DNA of 64,000 bases from Myxococcales bacterium. GTDB taxonomy: Bacteria; Myxococcota_A; Polyangia; Polyangiales; Polyangiaceae. The DNA lies in NCBI GenBank assembly GCA_043747615.1, contig JAYTOU010000077.1, forward strand, positions 1-64,000. The letters run 5' to 3'. The translations under genes and the position numbers were made by a program. This document shows, piece after piece, positions 27,847 through 37,662 of this stretch. Numbering within the stretch: position 1 is the stretch's first letter; every line of letters starts with the position of its first letter. The notes beneath the pieces were generated by a model. That model searched no databases. It had not been told where the DNA came from and saw only the letters and a list, made by a program, of their open reading frames with translations.

Positions 27847-30318
27847 ATGCGCGCGCTCCCTGTCTTCTGCTTTTCTGCGTTGATGCTCTTCGCGGGGCGG
27901 GCCTCTGCCACGCGACCGAATGGCGTCGAAATCGTGCGCCTCTTGGGCCCGCACGCGGAGCACGCCTTCGCGCCTGCATCGGGGCAGATCGGAGCGCTCG
28001 TGGCCATCCCGAGCGGACAGAGCGCTGCGGAGCTAGGCCTCGAAGAAATCGCGCCGGGCATCGGACGAATTCGCGCGAACGCGGCCGGCCTTCTTGCCTA
28101 CGCCGATAAGCATCCTGGGTTGTCGCTCGAGGTATCGCCGCCGCTCCACATGCTCCTCGATCGTGCTGGGAGCTACGTTCGCGGCGCCATCGCGCGCGTG
28201 AATTTTCATGTCGACGGGACCGGCGTCCTCGTGGGTGTCGCCGACACCGGCCTCGACGTGACTCACCCCGACATGCTCGACGCCGACGGAAAAACGCGCG
28301 TAGCCTGGTTGATCGATCTCTCCAAGCCGCCGCGAGGAGTATGGCCAGAGCTCGAAGCGAAATACGGCGTGAAGAACGCGGCCGGCGTCATCAGCAACGG
28401 TGCCGTCTTCAACGCTGACGACATCAACGCCGTCCTCGCGATGCAGCTGCAAGCCCCCCACGACGAAGTCGGGCATGGCACCCACGTCACCTCGATCGCC
28501 GCGGGCAACGGCGGCAAGAGGCGGCTCTATGGCGGAATCGCACCGAGTGCGACGCTGGTCGTCGCTCGGGTCACGCGCAGCGCCGCAGACGCCATCGACA
28601 ACGACGACCTCCTTCGCGGCGTCAGCTTCATCTACGACCGCGCCGATTTCTTAAAACAGCCGGTGGTCGTCAACCTCTCCCTCGGCGGTGACTACGGTCC
28701 GCACGACGGCACCGCGCTCTGGGAGAAGGCACTCGCGAGCTTCGTTGGGCCCACTCATCCCGGTCGCGCGCTCGTCGTCGCCGCAGGCAACAGCGGCTCT
28801 ATTCTCGAGACGCCGGTCCATCAAAGCGTGCGCGTCACCAAAGGGACGAAGATGCGCGTGCCCGTGAACACCCGCGGCGCGGACAACGGAGGCGTCGACA
28901 TCTGGGTGTCGATGCGCGGAGGCGCGACCGTCGACATCGGCCTCGAGGGCCCCGATGGCGAATGGATCGCACCAGTGAGCAACGGCTCGCAGCGCGGAAA
29001 AAATACCGCCGACTACACATCCGGCGTCTTCAACGGGCAGACGAGCGGCACGCCGATTCCCAGTGACTCGCACGGCGGTGTCGTGATCTGGCAGGGGAAA
29101 TGGCCGTCGGGCACCTACTACGTGACGCTCACCGGTGAGGGCACCGTCGACCTGTTCATGCAGGCATCCGGCGATGCCGCGTCGACCCGCCCCGCAGGCT
29201 TCGCCGTCGGCGTGCGCGAGGGCACGATCAACCTGCCGGCCACTCACCCGGGCATCATCGCCGTCGGCTGTACGGTCAATCGCACGAAGTGGCTGAGCAT
29301 CACCAACGTTCCGGTCGCGCTCCATGTGCCGCTGCTCGATGGCGTCGGTGGTTTTCAGGATCCCTCAAAGGCCACGCGTGAGCTTGCCGAGGGTGAGGTC
29401 TGCTGGTTCTCGAGCGCGGGACCCACGGTGACCGGTGTGCCCAAGCCCGAGATTTCCGCGCCCGGTGGGATCGTTGTCGCGGCCATGAGCAATCAGGCCA
29501 GGCCTGGGGGGATCGGGAGCATCTTCACCACCGAAAATTGCCCGGGGCCTGCGGGTGCGAAGCCCGACATCCGCTGTTTTCAGGTCGACCCGACGCACGC
29601 CGTCGCCGTGGGAACGTCCATGTCCTCGCCGATGGTGGCGGGCGCCGTTGCCCTGCTTTTTCAGCGTGATCCGACGCTCACCCAAGACAAGATCGTCGCC
29701 CTCCTTCAAGCGGGTGCGCATCCATTTCGCGGCGCCGCGCCGTTCGAAGATCAAGGCGGACCAGGCGAGCTCGACGTTCTCGGATCGCTCGACGCGCTCG
29801 ATCAAATGCAAAATCCGACGCTTCACATGCCGAGCCCGGATAAGAGCTGGGTCACGTTGAGCGCGGACTACGCGGCGGCAGACGGATCGACTCCGTTCAC
29901 GGTGATCGTCGAGCTCCGCACCGAGCTCGGCAATCACCGAGCCGACATGTTCGATCCCGCGCGGCTCCAGCCGATCGCCCTCATTGACGGTGTGCCGCTC
30001 GATGTTCCGCCGACGCTCGTCAGGCATGCACCGGGAGTGTGGTTCTTCGACGTCGCCGTCCCGGTAGGTCTGGGAGGCTCATCGCTCTCGGTGGGAGCCG
30101 CGTTCGACGGGCAAGACATCGTCGCGCGAAAGACGGTGCCGGTGGGCGCCGACATCTGGACGGCCGACTACCCGTCGCACGCGCGCGGTGGGTGCTCCTG
30201 CGATCTCAGTGAACGCTCCGGATCCGAAAAAACACCCCTCGCTTTGGGAGCAGCGCTGGCACTTGCATTCGTCCGCCGCCGACACCGCTCGCACCCGCGC
30301 GGCGCGTCAGTCTCCTGA
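27847..30318 (+). CDS. S8 subtilisin-like serine peptidase with MYXO-CTERM-like tail
   Basis: Triad DTG / HGTHV / GTSMS; signal peptide; C-terminal GGCSC...LALGAALALAFVRRR. Confidence 0.92.
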   Translation: MRALPVFCFSALMLFAGRASATRPNGVEIVRLLGPHAEHAFAPASGQIGALVAIPSGQSAAELGLEEIAPGIGRIRANAAGLLAYADKHPGLSLEVSPPLHMLLDRAGSYVRGAIARVNFHVDGTGVLVGVADTGLDVTHPDMLDADGKTRVAWLIDLSKPPRGVWPELEAKYGVKNAAGVISNGAVFNADDINAVLAMQLQAPHDEVGHGTHVTSIAAGNGGKRRLYGGIAPSATLVVARVTRSAADAIDNDDLLRGVSFIYDRADFLKQPVVVNLSLGGDYGPHDGTALWEKALASFVGPTHPGRALVVAAGNSGSILETPVHQSVRVTKGTKMRVPVNTRGADNGGVDIWVSMRGGATVDIGLEGPDGEWIAPVSNGSQRGKNTADYTSGVFNGQTSGTPIPSDSHGGVVIWQGKWPSGTYYVTLTGEGTVDLFMQASGDAASTRPAGFAVGVREGTINLPATHPGIIAVGCTVNRTKWLSITNVPVALHVPLLDGVGGFQDPSKATRELAEGEVCWFSSAGPTVTGVPKPEISAPGGIVVAAMSNQARPGGIGSIFTTENCPGPAGAKPDIRCFQVDPTHAVAVGTSMSSPMVAGAVALLFQRDPTLTQDKIVALLQAGAHPFRGAAPFEDQGGPGELDVLGSLDALDQMQNPTLHMPSPDKSWVTLSADYAAADGSTPFTVIVELRTELGNHRADMFDPARLQPIALIDGVPLDVPPTLVRHAPGVWFFDVAVPVGLGGSSLSVGAAFDGQDIVARKTVPVGADIWTADYPSHARGGCSCDLSERSGSEKTPLALGAALALAFVRRRHRSHPRGASVS

Positions 30319-30480
30319 CGGAGGCCGCGAAACACTCGGCAAATCAAGTTAGGAACGGTTTCTTGTACGTGGCGCGGGCACGATGCTCCGTACCCTTGGA
30401 AAATTCTTCGCCCCTCTCTTCGGTGCCCGCGATGGTGGAGCAAAAGTAACGGCCTCGTCGACCGCCGGGCGACTCTGTCG

Positions 30481-31818
30481 CTAGTTCTCGGCAGCGACCG
30501 TCAAGAGCCATCCGTGGGGCTCGAAGACCTCGTCGTCGGGATCGAACGAGTAGGCGAAGTCGCCCGCGTTCATCGCCACGATGACCACCTTCGCAGTGTC
30601 GTCGAGCTCGACCACCGTCGTCTGGGCTTCGGTTGCACGATCGGTCATCGGAACGAGAATGCGGCTTTTTTCTCGACCATTCGCGTCGAGCTTCAAAATG
30701 ACCCAACGCATTTTGGCGTGCTCCTCCCAGCTCGCCTCCACGCGAAGCCTCGAGCCCTTCGGTGCGCCGTCCCGCGAGATTGATACGTACGACGAGCCCG
30801 TGGGCTCGAGCGGATGCGGAGAAGCGAGGCGCCTGGGCGACGTAGGCCAGCTGATCTCCCAATCGAGCCTCGCAGCCGCAGCGTCTCCCAGGACGTGCGT
30901 TTCGTTCGGATCGCTCTGCGTGCCGGTGAGCGCGCGCGCTGCGGCGAAGTTGAGGAAGAGATCGTCGATCGTGGAGTTGGTGGTGAGAGCGTTCTTGAAC
31001 GTCATGCGCAAGACGTCGAAGCCGTCGGGCTCGTTCGTGAAGCGCCAGGCACGAGGTGGCGTCTTGGTCGGTGAGAGCGCCCACGTGGCGCGCACCATGG
31101 CACCGGGTGACGTCCCGAAGGAGTCGTCGAGCCACCAGAAAAAGAGCGCTCCTCCGCGACCGAAATCGGTGGCGAACGCGGGGTCGGAGCCCTGCCATGT
31201 ATCGACCAGCCCGCGATCTGGAAACGCTTGAAATATGCTTATTTCGTCGATGGACCCCATGGCGCACGGAACCATCAGCCGCGCGAGGTACGCCGTCTCT
31301 GCGCGCGCGCTTCCATCGTCGGTAGCCGGCGCGACGCGAAAGAGAATGGCGCGCGTGACCTCTCTGGCCATGATCCTTTCGAGCGCGCAGCCAGGACGGG
31401 CGCTCGCGGCATCGAGCAACGTGTAGGCGCTCGCGCGATCGAAGCTCGGTCGGGGATCGCGCTCGCCGATCGCCGTCACCGAAGTGCCGGGTAGCTTGTC
31501 GACGAGGTAGATGTCGTACGCGCCCGTCCCCGGATCGGCATCCGGCGGCGGTAGGGCGAGCGCTCCTGTGGCCAGATCCCAGGCACGCTCCCCCGCGGCG
31601 AGCACGGCGAGGAGAGATGCGGCCGGCGTGCGCTTGTCGCCGGTCACGCACAACGCGCGCGAAAACGAGCAAACCCGCGCGGCGCCCGGTGGCTTGGGAC
31701 GGACCGGCCCGTGGTAGACGATGGGGCCGAGAAGAACGTCCGCGCCCGCGTTCGTGGCAACGCCGCTCACCGCGACGGTCAACGCCACGGCAAACCCGTG
31801 GGAGCGCCAAAACACCAT
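30481..31818 (-). CDS. Secreted zincin-like protein (MXAN_6640-like) with degenerate metal motif
   Basis: Signal peptide; YDIYLVD, REVTR where HExxH is expected, ETAYL, GGALFFWWL. Family call from recall only. Confidence 0.5.
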   Translation of the reverse strand: MVFWRSHGFAVALTVAVSGVATNAGADVLLGPIVYHGPVRPKPPGAARVCSFSRALCVTGDKRTPAASLLAVLAAGERAWDLATGALALPPPDADPGTGAYDIYLVDKLPGTSVTAIGERDPRPSFDRASAYTLLDAASARPGCALERIMAREVTRAILFRVAPATDDGSARAETAYLARLMVPCAMGSIDEISIFQAFPDRGLVDTWQGSDPAFATDFGRGGALFFWWLDDSFGTSPGAMVRATWALSPTKTPPRAWRFTNEPDGFDVLRMTFKNALTTNSTIDDLFLNFAAARALTGTQSDPNETHVLGDAAAARLDWEISWPTSPRRLASPHPLEPTGSSYVSISRDGAPKGSRLRVEASWEEHAKMRWVILKLDANGREKSRILVPMTDRATEAQTTVVELDDTAKVVIVAMNAGDFAYSFDPDDEVFEPHGWLLTVAAEN

Positions 31819-31872
31819 CAAGCTGTCATTTGACACAATCTTTCGCGCGCCTCTATAGATCTTCGAGCCTTC

Positions 31873-32421
31873 ATGAGCGTTGACCTCACCCACGCCGTAC
31901 GGTTCGATCTCCCGCGGGGCAGCGTACATGGCGCGGGCGAGGAGCGCGCGGTGCTCTTGCCAACGAGCGTGTTCGCCGAGCTCGTTCTCGCCGCAGGGCC
32001 CGAGGTCGCGGTGTCGATTGCTCTTCAGATGGGAGAGGCGATGGGCAAGCGGGTCGCGCAACGCCTCGGCGGTCGCGACGGCGTGAGGGAGGCGACGCTC
32101 GAAGCGATGGTGACGGCGCTCGCTGCCGAGATCTCGCTCGCCGGGCTCGGTGCGCTCAGCGTCGAGCGGTGGGGCAAAGCGATGGTCTTCGTCATCCACA
32201 ACGTGCCCGCGGTCGAGCACAAATTTCTCGCCGCGCTCTTCGAAGGAGCGATTGCGTCGTCGACGGGCAGCCCGGCCCATTGCGCCGTCGTGGCCAGCGA
32301 TTCGGGAGGAATGCGCATCCTCGTGGCCAGCGCCACGGGCATCAACCGCGTACGCGGATGGATCGCCCAAGGCACGGGTTGGGGCGAGGCTCTCGTGCGG
32401 CTGCAAGGGGATCCAACGTGA
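31873..32421 (+). CDS. Hypothetical protein, possible V4R/Bet3-like fold
   Basis: RFDLPRG, RAVLLP, MGEAMGKRVA, AGLGALSVE, FLAALFEG pattern. Confidence 0.5.
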   Translation: MSVDLTHAVRFDLPRGSVHGAGEERAVLLPTSVFAELVLAAGPEVAVSIALQMGEAMGKRVAQRLGGRDGVREATLEAMVTALAAEISLAGLGALSVERWGKAMVFVIHNVPAVEHKFLAALFEGAIASSTGSPAHCAVVASDSGGMRILVASATGINRVRGWIAQGTGWGEALVRLQGDPT

Positions 32422-33623
32422 ATCCGAAGGACCGCATCACCCGCCTCGAAGCGCTCCTCGAGCGCGTCCAGGGCCGCACGCTCGATGTGCGTGAGCTCGC
32501 GGAGACGATCGGGTCGCCGAGCAGCGACGAGACGCTCCATGCCGAGGACGTGACGCTCGACGCCGAGCTCGATGACGACACGAATGACGACACGGACGAC
32601 ACGAATGACGACACGGACGACAAGCCCGCTGCGGAAACTGGCTGGTCGATTCCGGTGCCGCGTGCCGAGCTCCCGCATGCCACGAACGGCGTGTCGGGCG
32701 CTGGATTGAGCGGCTTCCCTGAGGTGCTTCAGCCCGATCTTCAAGTCAATCCTCCGTCGGACCCCATGTTGCTCGTAGGGGACGACGCCACCAACCTCGA
32801 CGATTACGAGGTCGCCGAGACCGTCGAGCTCGATGGAGATGGCGACGACGACGCGATTCATCATTCCAAAGCGCCGCCGCCGGCTAGCCCGCCCGTTGCC
32901 GCGGTACCATCCAACCCTCCCGAAGAGAACTTGCTCGAGAGCCGTCAGCGTCTCGTGTCGGCGGCCTCTCTCGAAGCAGATGAAGACGACGACAACGAGC
33001 CGCGTTCGATTCCGCTCGTGCAACGAAGGCCTTCCCAGATCCCTTCCGATTTCATGGCCGGTGATCCGTCGGAGCCTGCGTCGACGCGTTCACCTGCTCA
33101 GGAGCCAGAGTCGCTCGGCGAGCTCGAGCTGCTCGAGGAAGCGCCCCCCTCGTCGCGCCGTCCGATCGCACAGCAGCGCTCCGACCTCGACGATTTCGAG
33201 CAAGATCTCGTGCCGTCTCCTCCGCCCGAATCGGGAAGGCAGATCGCCGTCCAAGACAGCGCGCACTTCGAGGAAGACTTCGTCGGAGGCGCGATGCCGA
33301 TGCTCGATGCGCCTCCCATGGATGACATGGCGATCGCGCTCGAGCCGGTCTCCGCCGTGATCCCCGTTCCGCAGGATGCGATGGAAATGGTGCTTCCCAA
33401 AGCGCAGTCGCCCGGTGAGTTCACGCGCTCATTCGACGACCGACCTCCGCCGCCCGCAGACGCCACGTTCGGGCCCCTTCCGAGCACGCGAGCGGGTCTG
33501 GGCCCGGAGATTGTAAGCGCCGATCTCGTCCCCACCTCGCGCGTCGCCGTTCACGGAGGCGCGCCGCCGTCGTTCACACCCTCGACTTTCGGCGAGCTTC
33601 TCGACGCGGCGCTGGGCCTCTAA
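32418..33623 (+). CDS. Acidic Pro-rich, probably disordered protein with short terminal helices
   Basis: GTGA overlap with the upstream gene; N-terminal RITRLEALLERVQ; C-terminal FGELLDAALGL; D/E/P-rich middle. Confidence 0.7.
   Translation: MNPKDRITRLEALLERVQGRTLDVRELAETIGSPSSDETLHAEDVTLDAELDDDTNDDTDDTNDDTDDKPAAETGWSIPVPRAELPHATNGVSGAGLSGFPEVLQPDLQVNPPSDPMLLVGDDATNLDDYEVAETVELDGDGDDDAIHHSKAPPPASPPVAAVPSNPPEENLLESRQRLVSAASLEADEDDDNEPRSIPLVQRRPSQIPSDFMAGDPSEPASTRSPAQEPESLGELELLEEAPPSSRRPIAQQRSDLDDFEQDLVPSPPPESGRQIAVQDSAHFEEDFVGGAMPMLDAPPMDDMAIALEPVSAVIPVPQDAMEMVLPKAQSPGEFTRSFDDRPPPPADATFGPLPSTRAGLGPEIVSADLVPTSRVAVHGGAPPSFTPSTFGELLDAALGL
32574..32615 (+). repeat. 21-bp tandem duplication GACGACACGAATGACGACACG x2
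   Basis: Read directly; encodes DDTNDDT twice. Confidence 0.9.
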
Positions 33624-33633
33624 AGCAGACTAG

Positions 33634-33668
33634 GGGCTGTGTCCGTAGTCGATATTTTGGGACAGCCC
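33634..33668. terminator. Hairpin between convergent genes (possible terminator)
   Basis: GGGCTGT...ACAGCCC inverted repeat; no poly-U tail. Confidence 0.35.
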
Positions 33669-33688
33669 ACATCCTCCCGACGGTCGGA

Positions 33689-34171
33689 TTAGACCAACGC
33701 GAAGAAGCGGCAGTGGATGGCCACCGCGGCGAGCAGGCCGACTTCCGGAGCGATGCCGTCGGTGATGTTCACCGAGAACTTGTCGCTCAGCCCGCCTTCT
33801 TTTTTGATCTCGAGGGCGACGTTGCCGTGCGAATCGGCGCAGCGGAACATGCCGCTGAAGACGCCCGCGTCGGCCCAATACTCTTTGCCTGCGATTTGCA
33901 GCTTGAGCGTCTTCTTGATCGCGACACTCGGAAACTCCAACGACGCGAGCTCTTTTTCGCCTTCACCAACGACCTGGAATTTCGTTTTGCCGAAATTTCC
34001 CTTCAGCGTCGCGAGCTCTTTGCCTTCGGTTCCCTGCACGAGCCTGAACTCCTGCGAAGCGGCCATGAACGTGCCGTAGGCCGTCATGTCGACCGCGCCC
34101 GAGCCTCGCTTCGCTATGTCGTAAACCGTGCTCACGGACATCAGACGTTGCGTCACATCGAAATTAGACAT
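33689..34171 (-). CDS. LURP-one/scramblase (Tubby C-terminal)-like protein
   Basis: FDVTQRLMSVSTVYDI start, repeated beta hairpins, C-terminal hydrophobic helix LLAAVAIH. Confidence 0.6.
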   Translation of the reverse strand: MSNFDVTQRLMSVSTVYDIAKRGSGAVDMTAYGTFMAASQEFRLVQGTEGKELATLKGNFGKTKFQVVGEGEKELASLEFPSVAIKKTLKLQIAGKEYWADAGVFSGMFRCADSHGNVALEIKKEGGLSDKFSVNITDGIAPEVGLLAAVAIHCRFFALV

Positions 34172-34247
34172 GGTCCCGCTCCCAGATTTGTTGAAAAACC
34201 ACTGAGCTATTTGTATCGCATGTCGCGACTCTTGTGGGAAAACCCGC

Positions 34248-35183
34248 TTATCGATCGATCGCGCCGGGCTGCACGCCAAGCCACTCGACCTCCGCAGTTC
34301 GGAGCCAGGTGCGTTGACGACGCGCAAAAATTCGTGTTGCTCGCACAATCGTGGGGCCGAGTTCTTCTCTCGGGAGCTCGCCTCCGAGGTAGGCGCGGAT
34401 CTCGCGGTAGCCGACGGAGCCCATGGCGCGTGCCTCGCCGAAGCCGCGTTCGACGAGGGTTTCGGCCTCCTCGATCCAACCGGATTCGAGCCAGACCCGC
34501 ACGCGTTCCTCGATGCGAGCCGTGAGCTCTTCGGGCGGACGGCCGACGGCGAAGACGCGCGCGTCGTAGCGGGGCTTGGCGAGAGCATGCTCGGCGTGAC
34601 CGGTGCTGAGGGGGATCCCGCTGAGCTCATAGACCTCGAGCGCCCGACTGACGCGCACGAGATCGTTCGGATGTAGGCGGGTCGCGCTGATCGGATCGAC
34701 TGCTCGAAGTCGATCATGGAGGGCCGGGCGTCCATCGCGCTCGGCCTCTTTGCGGTGACGCTCGCGAATCTCGGCGTTTGCCGGCGGCGCAGCGGAGAGA
34801 CCAAAAAGAAGGGCCTTTTGCCACAAGAACGTGCCCCCGCACACGACAGGACGCTTCTTCCGGCTGCGCGCGTCGCGGATGGCAACATCGGCCATGGCGG
34901 CAAACTGCGCGGCGTCAACGGCGTCGAGCGGATCGAGGAGGTCGACCAGGTGGTGCCGAACGCGCGCTTGCTCCGTGCTCGTCGGCTTGCCGGAACCTAT
35001 GTCGAACCCGCGGTAGATTTGAACACTGTCGGCGCTGACGATCTCACCGTCGAGGCGGGCACACAGCTCCATGGCCAAATCGCTTTTGCCACTCGCGGTC
35101 GGCCCCGCGATCGCGATGAGCGCGTCGGGAAATTCCGCGGCGAAAGCGAGCGGAGCCTCGAGCCACTTCTCGTCAACGCCCAA
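34248..35183 (-). CDS. miaA: tRNA dimethylallyltransferase
   Basis: GPTASGKS, SADSVQIYRGFDIGSGKP, GGTFLW, RVSRALEV, SVGYRE, ARRQRTW. TTG start approximate. Confidence 0.95.
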   Translation of the reverse strand: MGVDEKWLEAPLAFAAEFPDALIAIAGPTASGKSDLAMELCARLDGEIVSADSVQIYRGFDIGSGKPTSTEQARVRHHLVDLLDPLDAVDAAQFAAMADVAIRDARSRKKRPVVCGGTFLWQKALLFGLSAAPPANAEIRERHRKEAERDGRPALHDRLRAVDPISATRLHPNDLVRVSRALEVYELSGIPLSTGHAEHALAKPRYDARVFAVGRPPEELTARIEERVRVWLESGWIEEAETLVERGFGEARAMGSVGYREIRAYLGGELPREELGPTIVRATRIFARRQRTWLRTAEVEWLGVQPGAIDR

Positions 35184-36879
35184 CGCGGCGCTCCAGCTCG
35201 GCGAACGCGAGACGGGTGACCACCGGACGACCGTGCGGACAGTGTCCGGAAAAATCGACGTCGTCGAGCGCGGCGAGCAGTGCCGTGGCTTCGTCGGGTG
35301 AGAGGTGATCGCCTGCCCGAACGGACCCGTGGCACGCCATCGTGGCGAGCACCAGATCTGCCGCGGCACCAAAGGGACGCGCCGCCTCGCGGGTGAGCTC
35401 GGCAACGAGATCGCGCACCAGCCGCTCGGGCTGCGCGCGGATCAAGATCTTCGGCGTGGCATGGATGGCGACGGCAGACGGCCCCACCGCGCGCACTTCC
35501 ATTCCGAGCGCAGCGATCTCGTCGGCATGCTCTTCGAGGGCAGCGACATCGCGCGCTGTGAGCTCGAGCACCTCTGGAATGAGGAGGCGCTGCGAGGCAA
35601 TCTTTCGCGAGGAAAAGCCTTTTTTCAGGCGATCGAAGGTCACCCGTTCGGCCGCGGCGTGCTGATCGAGGATGTAGACGCCGTCGTCTCCTTCGCAAAC
35701 GAGAAACGTGCGCCGGACCTGCGCGAGAAATCGAAGGCGCGCGTAAAACGCAGCGGGCGCGGTGAAGAGCGCAGCCTGCGGCGCCAACCCCTCCCCGAGC
35801 GGCAGCACGTGCGGCTGCAGGGCGTCGTACGCAAACGTTTGTGCGGGGATGAACTGAGGCTTGAGCCACGGACGGGTAGGGGGACCGAGCGCGGGAATGG
35901 CGAACACCTTGGACGTCGCCGCGTAGAGCTCTCGAGTGACGGCATCGAAGAGGGCGCGCCCGTCGGCGAATCGCACCTCCGCTTTTCGAGGGTGAACGTT
36001 GACGTCTACCGACTCGGGCGGGAGATCAATGTAGAGTACACCTACCGGGAAACGCCCGGCCTCCAACACAGATCCGTAGCTCTGGGCGACGGCGCGTGCC
36101 AGCGGACGATCTTTCACCGGGCGCCCGTTGACGAAAATGTGCAGGGCCGCTGCTCCCGCCCGCGCGCGCTCCGGAGGCGCCAAGTGCGCTTCGAGGCGCA
36201 TCGGTCCTCGCTCGCCGAAGCAGGCCTCGAGACGCTCTTCGCCTACCGCCTGGGCGGCGCGTTCGCGCTTCGTCCCTACTCGCAAATACTCGCGGGCGAC
36301 CTTCCCGTCGCGAGAGAGTACGAAGGTCACGTCGGGACGGGAGAGGGCGGCCATGAGCACGACGTCTCCCACGTGGGCACTCTCGGTCGACACCGTCTTC
36401 AGGAATTTGCGCCGCGCGGGGACGTTGAAGAACAGCTCGCGCACTTCTATGCTTGTGCCGACCGCGCACCCCACGGGCTTCACGCGGGGCGCGCCGCCGC
36501 CGTCGACGGTGAGCTCCGTTCCCTCGTCCGTGCCGCGCGCCCGCGTGGTCAGGACGAGCTTGGCGACGGAGGCGATGCTCGGCAGGGCCTCTCCGCGAAA
36601 GCCGAAGGTGCCAATTTTTTGCAGGTCCTCGATGCGCGTGATCTTGCTCGTGGCGTGGCGTTCGAGGGCGAGTCGCGCGTCCTCGTCGACCATTCCTTCG
36701 CCGTCGTCCGTCACTCGGATGCGGGCGAGGCCACCTTGTTCGATCTCCACGCGGATTCGTGTAGCTCCCGCGTCGATGGCATTCTCTACGAGCTCCTTCA
36801 CCACGCTCGCGGGCCGCTCTACGACTTCACCGGCGGCGATCTGGTTGGCGAGATCGTCGGACAGGCGATGGATTTTCAT
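35173..36879 (-). CDS. mutL: DNA mismatch repair endonuclease MutL
   Basis: NQIAAGEVVERPASVVKELVENA, GFRGEAL, DVNVHP, DQHAAAER, ACH, CPHGRP. Confidence 0.97.
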   Translation of the reverse strand: MKIHRLSDDLANQIAAGEVVERPASVVKELVENAIDAGATRIRVEIEQGGLARIRVTDDGEGMVDEDARLALERHATSKITRIEDLQKIGTFGFRGEALPSIASVAKLVLTTRARGTDEGTELTVDGGGAPRVKPVGCAVGTSIEVRELFFNVPARRKFLKTVSTESAHVGDVVLMAALSRPDVTFVLSRDGKVAREYLRVGTKRERAAQAVGEERLEACFGERGPMRLEAHLAPPERARAGAAALHIFVNGRPVKDRPLARAVAQSYGSVLEAGRFPVGVLYIDLPPESVDVNVHPRKAEVRFADGRALFDAVTRELYAATSKVFAIPALGPPTRPWLKPQFIPAQTFAYDALQPHVLPLGEGLAPQAALFTAPAAFYARLRFLAQVRRTFLVCEGDDGVYILDQHAAAERVTFDRLKKGFSSRKIASQRLLIPEVLELTARDVAALEEHADEIAALGMEVRAVGPSAVAIHATPKILIRAQPERLVRDLVAELTREAARPFGAAADLVLATMACHGSVRAGDHLSPDEATALLAALDDVDFSGHCPHGRPVVTRLAFAELERRVGR

Positions 36880-37535
36880 CACCCCTCCGGCGAACGCTTT
36901 TCCGCGGCTGCAAAAAATTCGCGCGACCGCGGCCGGGTCAGCGCGAGGAGAATCAGCAGACGCAAGAGCACCTGGATGGACAAAAAAACCGGAGGAGCGA
37001 CCCGCACGAAGCGCCGCATCATCGCGATCACCTCTTCGGACTCCGGCTTGGCCGGTTGCGCCTCCCGCAGCCCTTCTATTTGCACCGTGAGGTGGAGGTC
37101 CGTCTCGGCCCGTCGCATCTCCGTAGTCAGGAGATAGGAAGTCACGATAAGTGCAGTCTGCACGGAAATGACTTGCAGCAGTCCGCCGCGCCCGCCCTTG
37201 CGTCCCGACATTGCCCGCGCGGCAAATGCGACCAACACCGTCCCCAGGAGGAATGACGCTACAGCCAGCGGAAAGATCCGATGGCGCGTGGCGTTCATCA
37301 CGTCCGCGTAGTGCTCGGCGGCGACCGCGACCTTGGCTCGCCCCTCGCTGCTGGTGATTTCGGGGAAGGCGGCTCCGGTCTCGACCCGGTCGCTCTTGTA
37401 GTAACCGATCACCGCGCAACCATCGACGAAGCCGCTAGCCCCGAAGACCCAAGCCCCGAGAAGCGCGAGCACGAGGTAAAAAGGCCGCTTTGGCGTGGTG
37501 GCCGCGGTGGGGCGATTCGACGGCGAAGAACCCAT
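36879..37535 (-). CDS. Hypothetical membrane protein (about 4 TM)
   Basis: Hydrophobic segments; stop overlaps the mutL start. Confidence 0.65.
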   Translation of the reverse strand: MGSSPSNRPTAATTPKRPFYLVLALLGAWVFGASGFVDGCAVIGYYKSDRVETGAAFPEITSSEGRAKVAVAAEHYADVMNATRHRIFPLAVASFLLGTVLVAFAARAMSGRKGGRGGLLQVISVQTALIVTSYLLTTEMRRAETDLHLTVQIEGLREAQPAKPESEEVIAMMRRFVRVAPPVFLSIQVLLRLLILLALTRPRSREFFAAAEKRSPEG

Positions 37536-37662
37536 CACGGGAGGCGGGATAGCACGGCGGCCGCGGCGCGGCTCCCCCCAAACGGCGTTGTAAGGTGCAG
37601 CAAAGTCGCTAATAGTGCGCCCGCCGGAAGCCGCGAAGTCGACTCGGCAGGAGAAGAAGCGA

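Noticed and set aside
30446..30474. GTAACGG-N15-GGCGACT as a fourth ECF promoter
   Set aside because: Spacing is one base longer, the second box has a mismatch, and it points antisense into a gene end.
35586..35621. MutL motif ends in D rather than E (DQHAAAERVTFD)
   Set aside because: Conservative change, with the ACH and CPHGRP motifs intact; no reason to infer loss of function.
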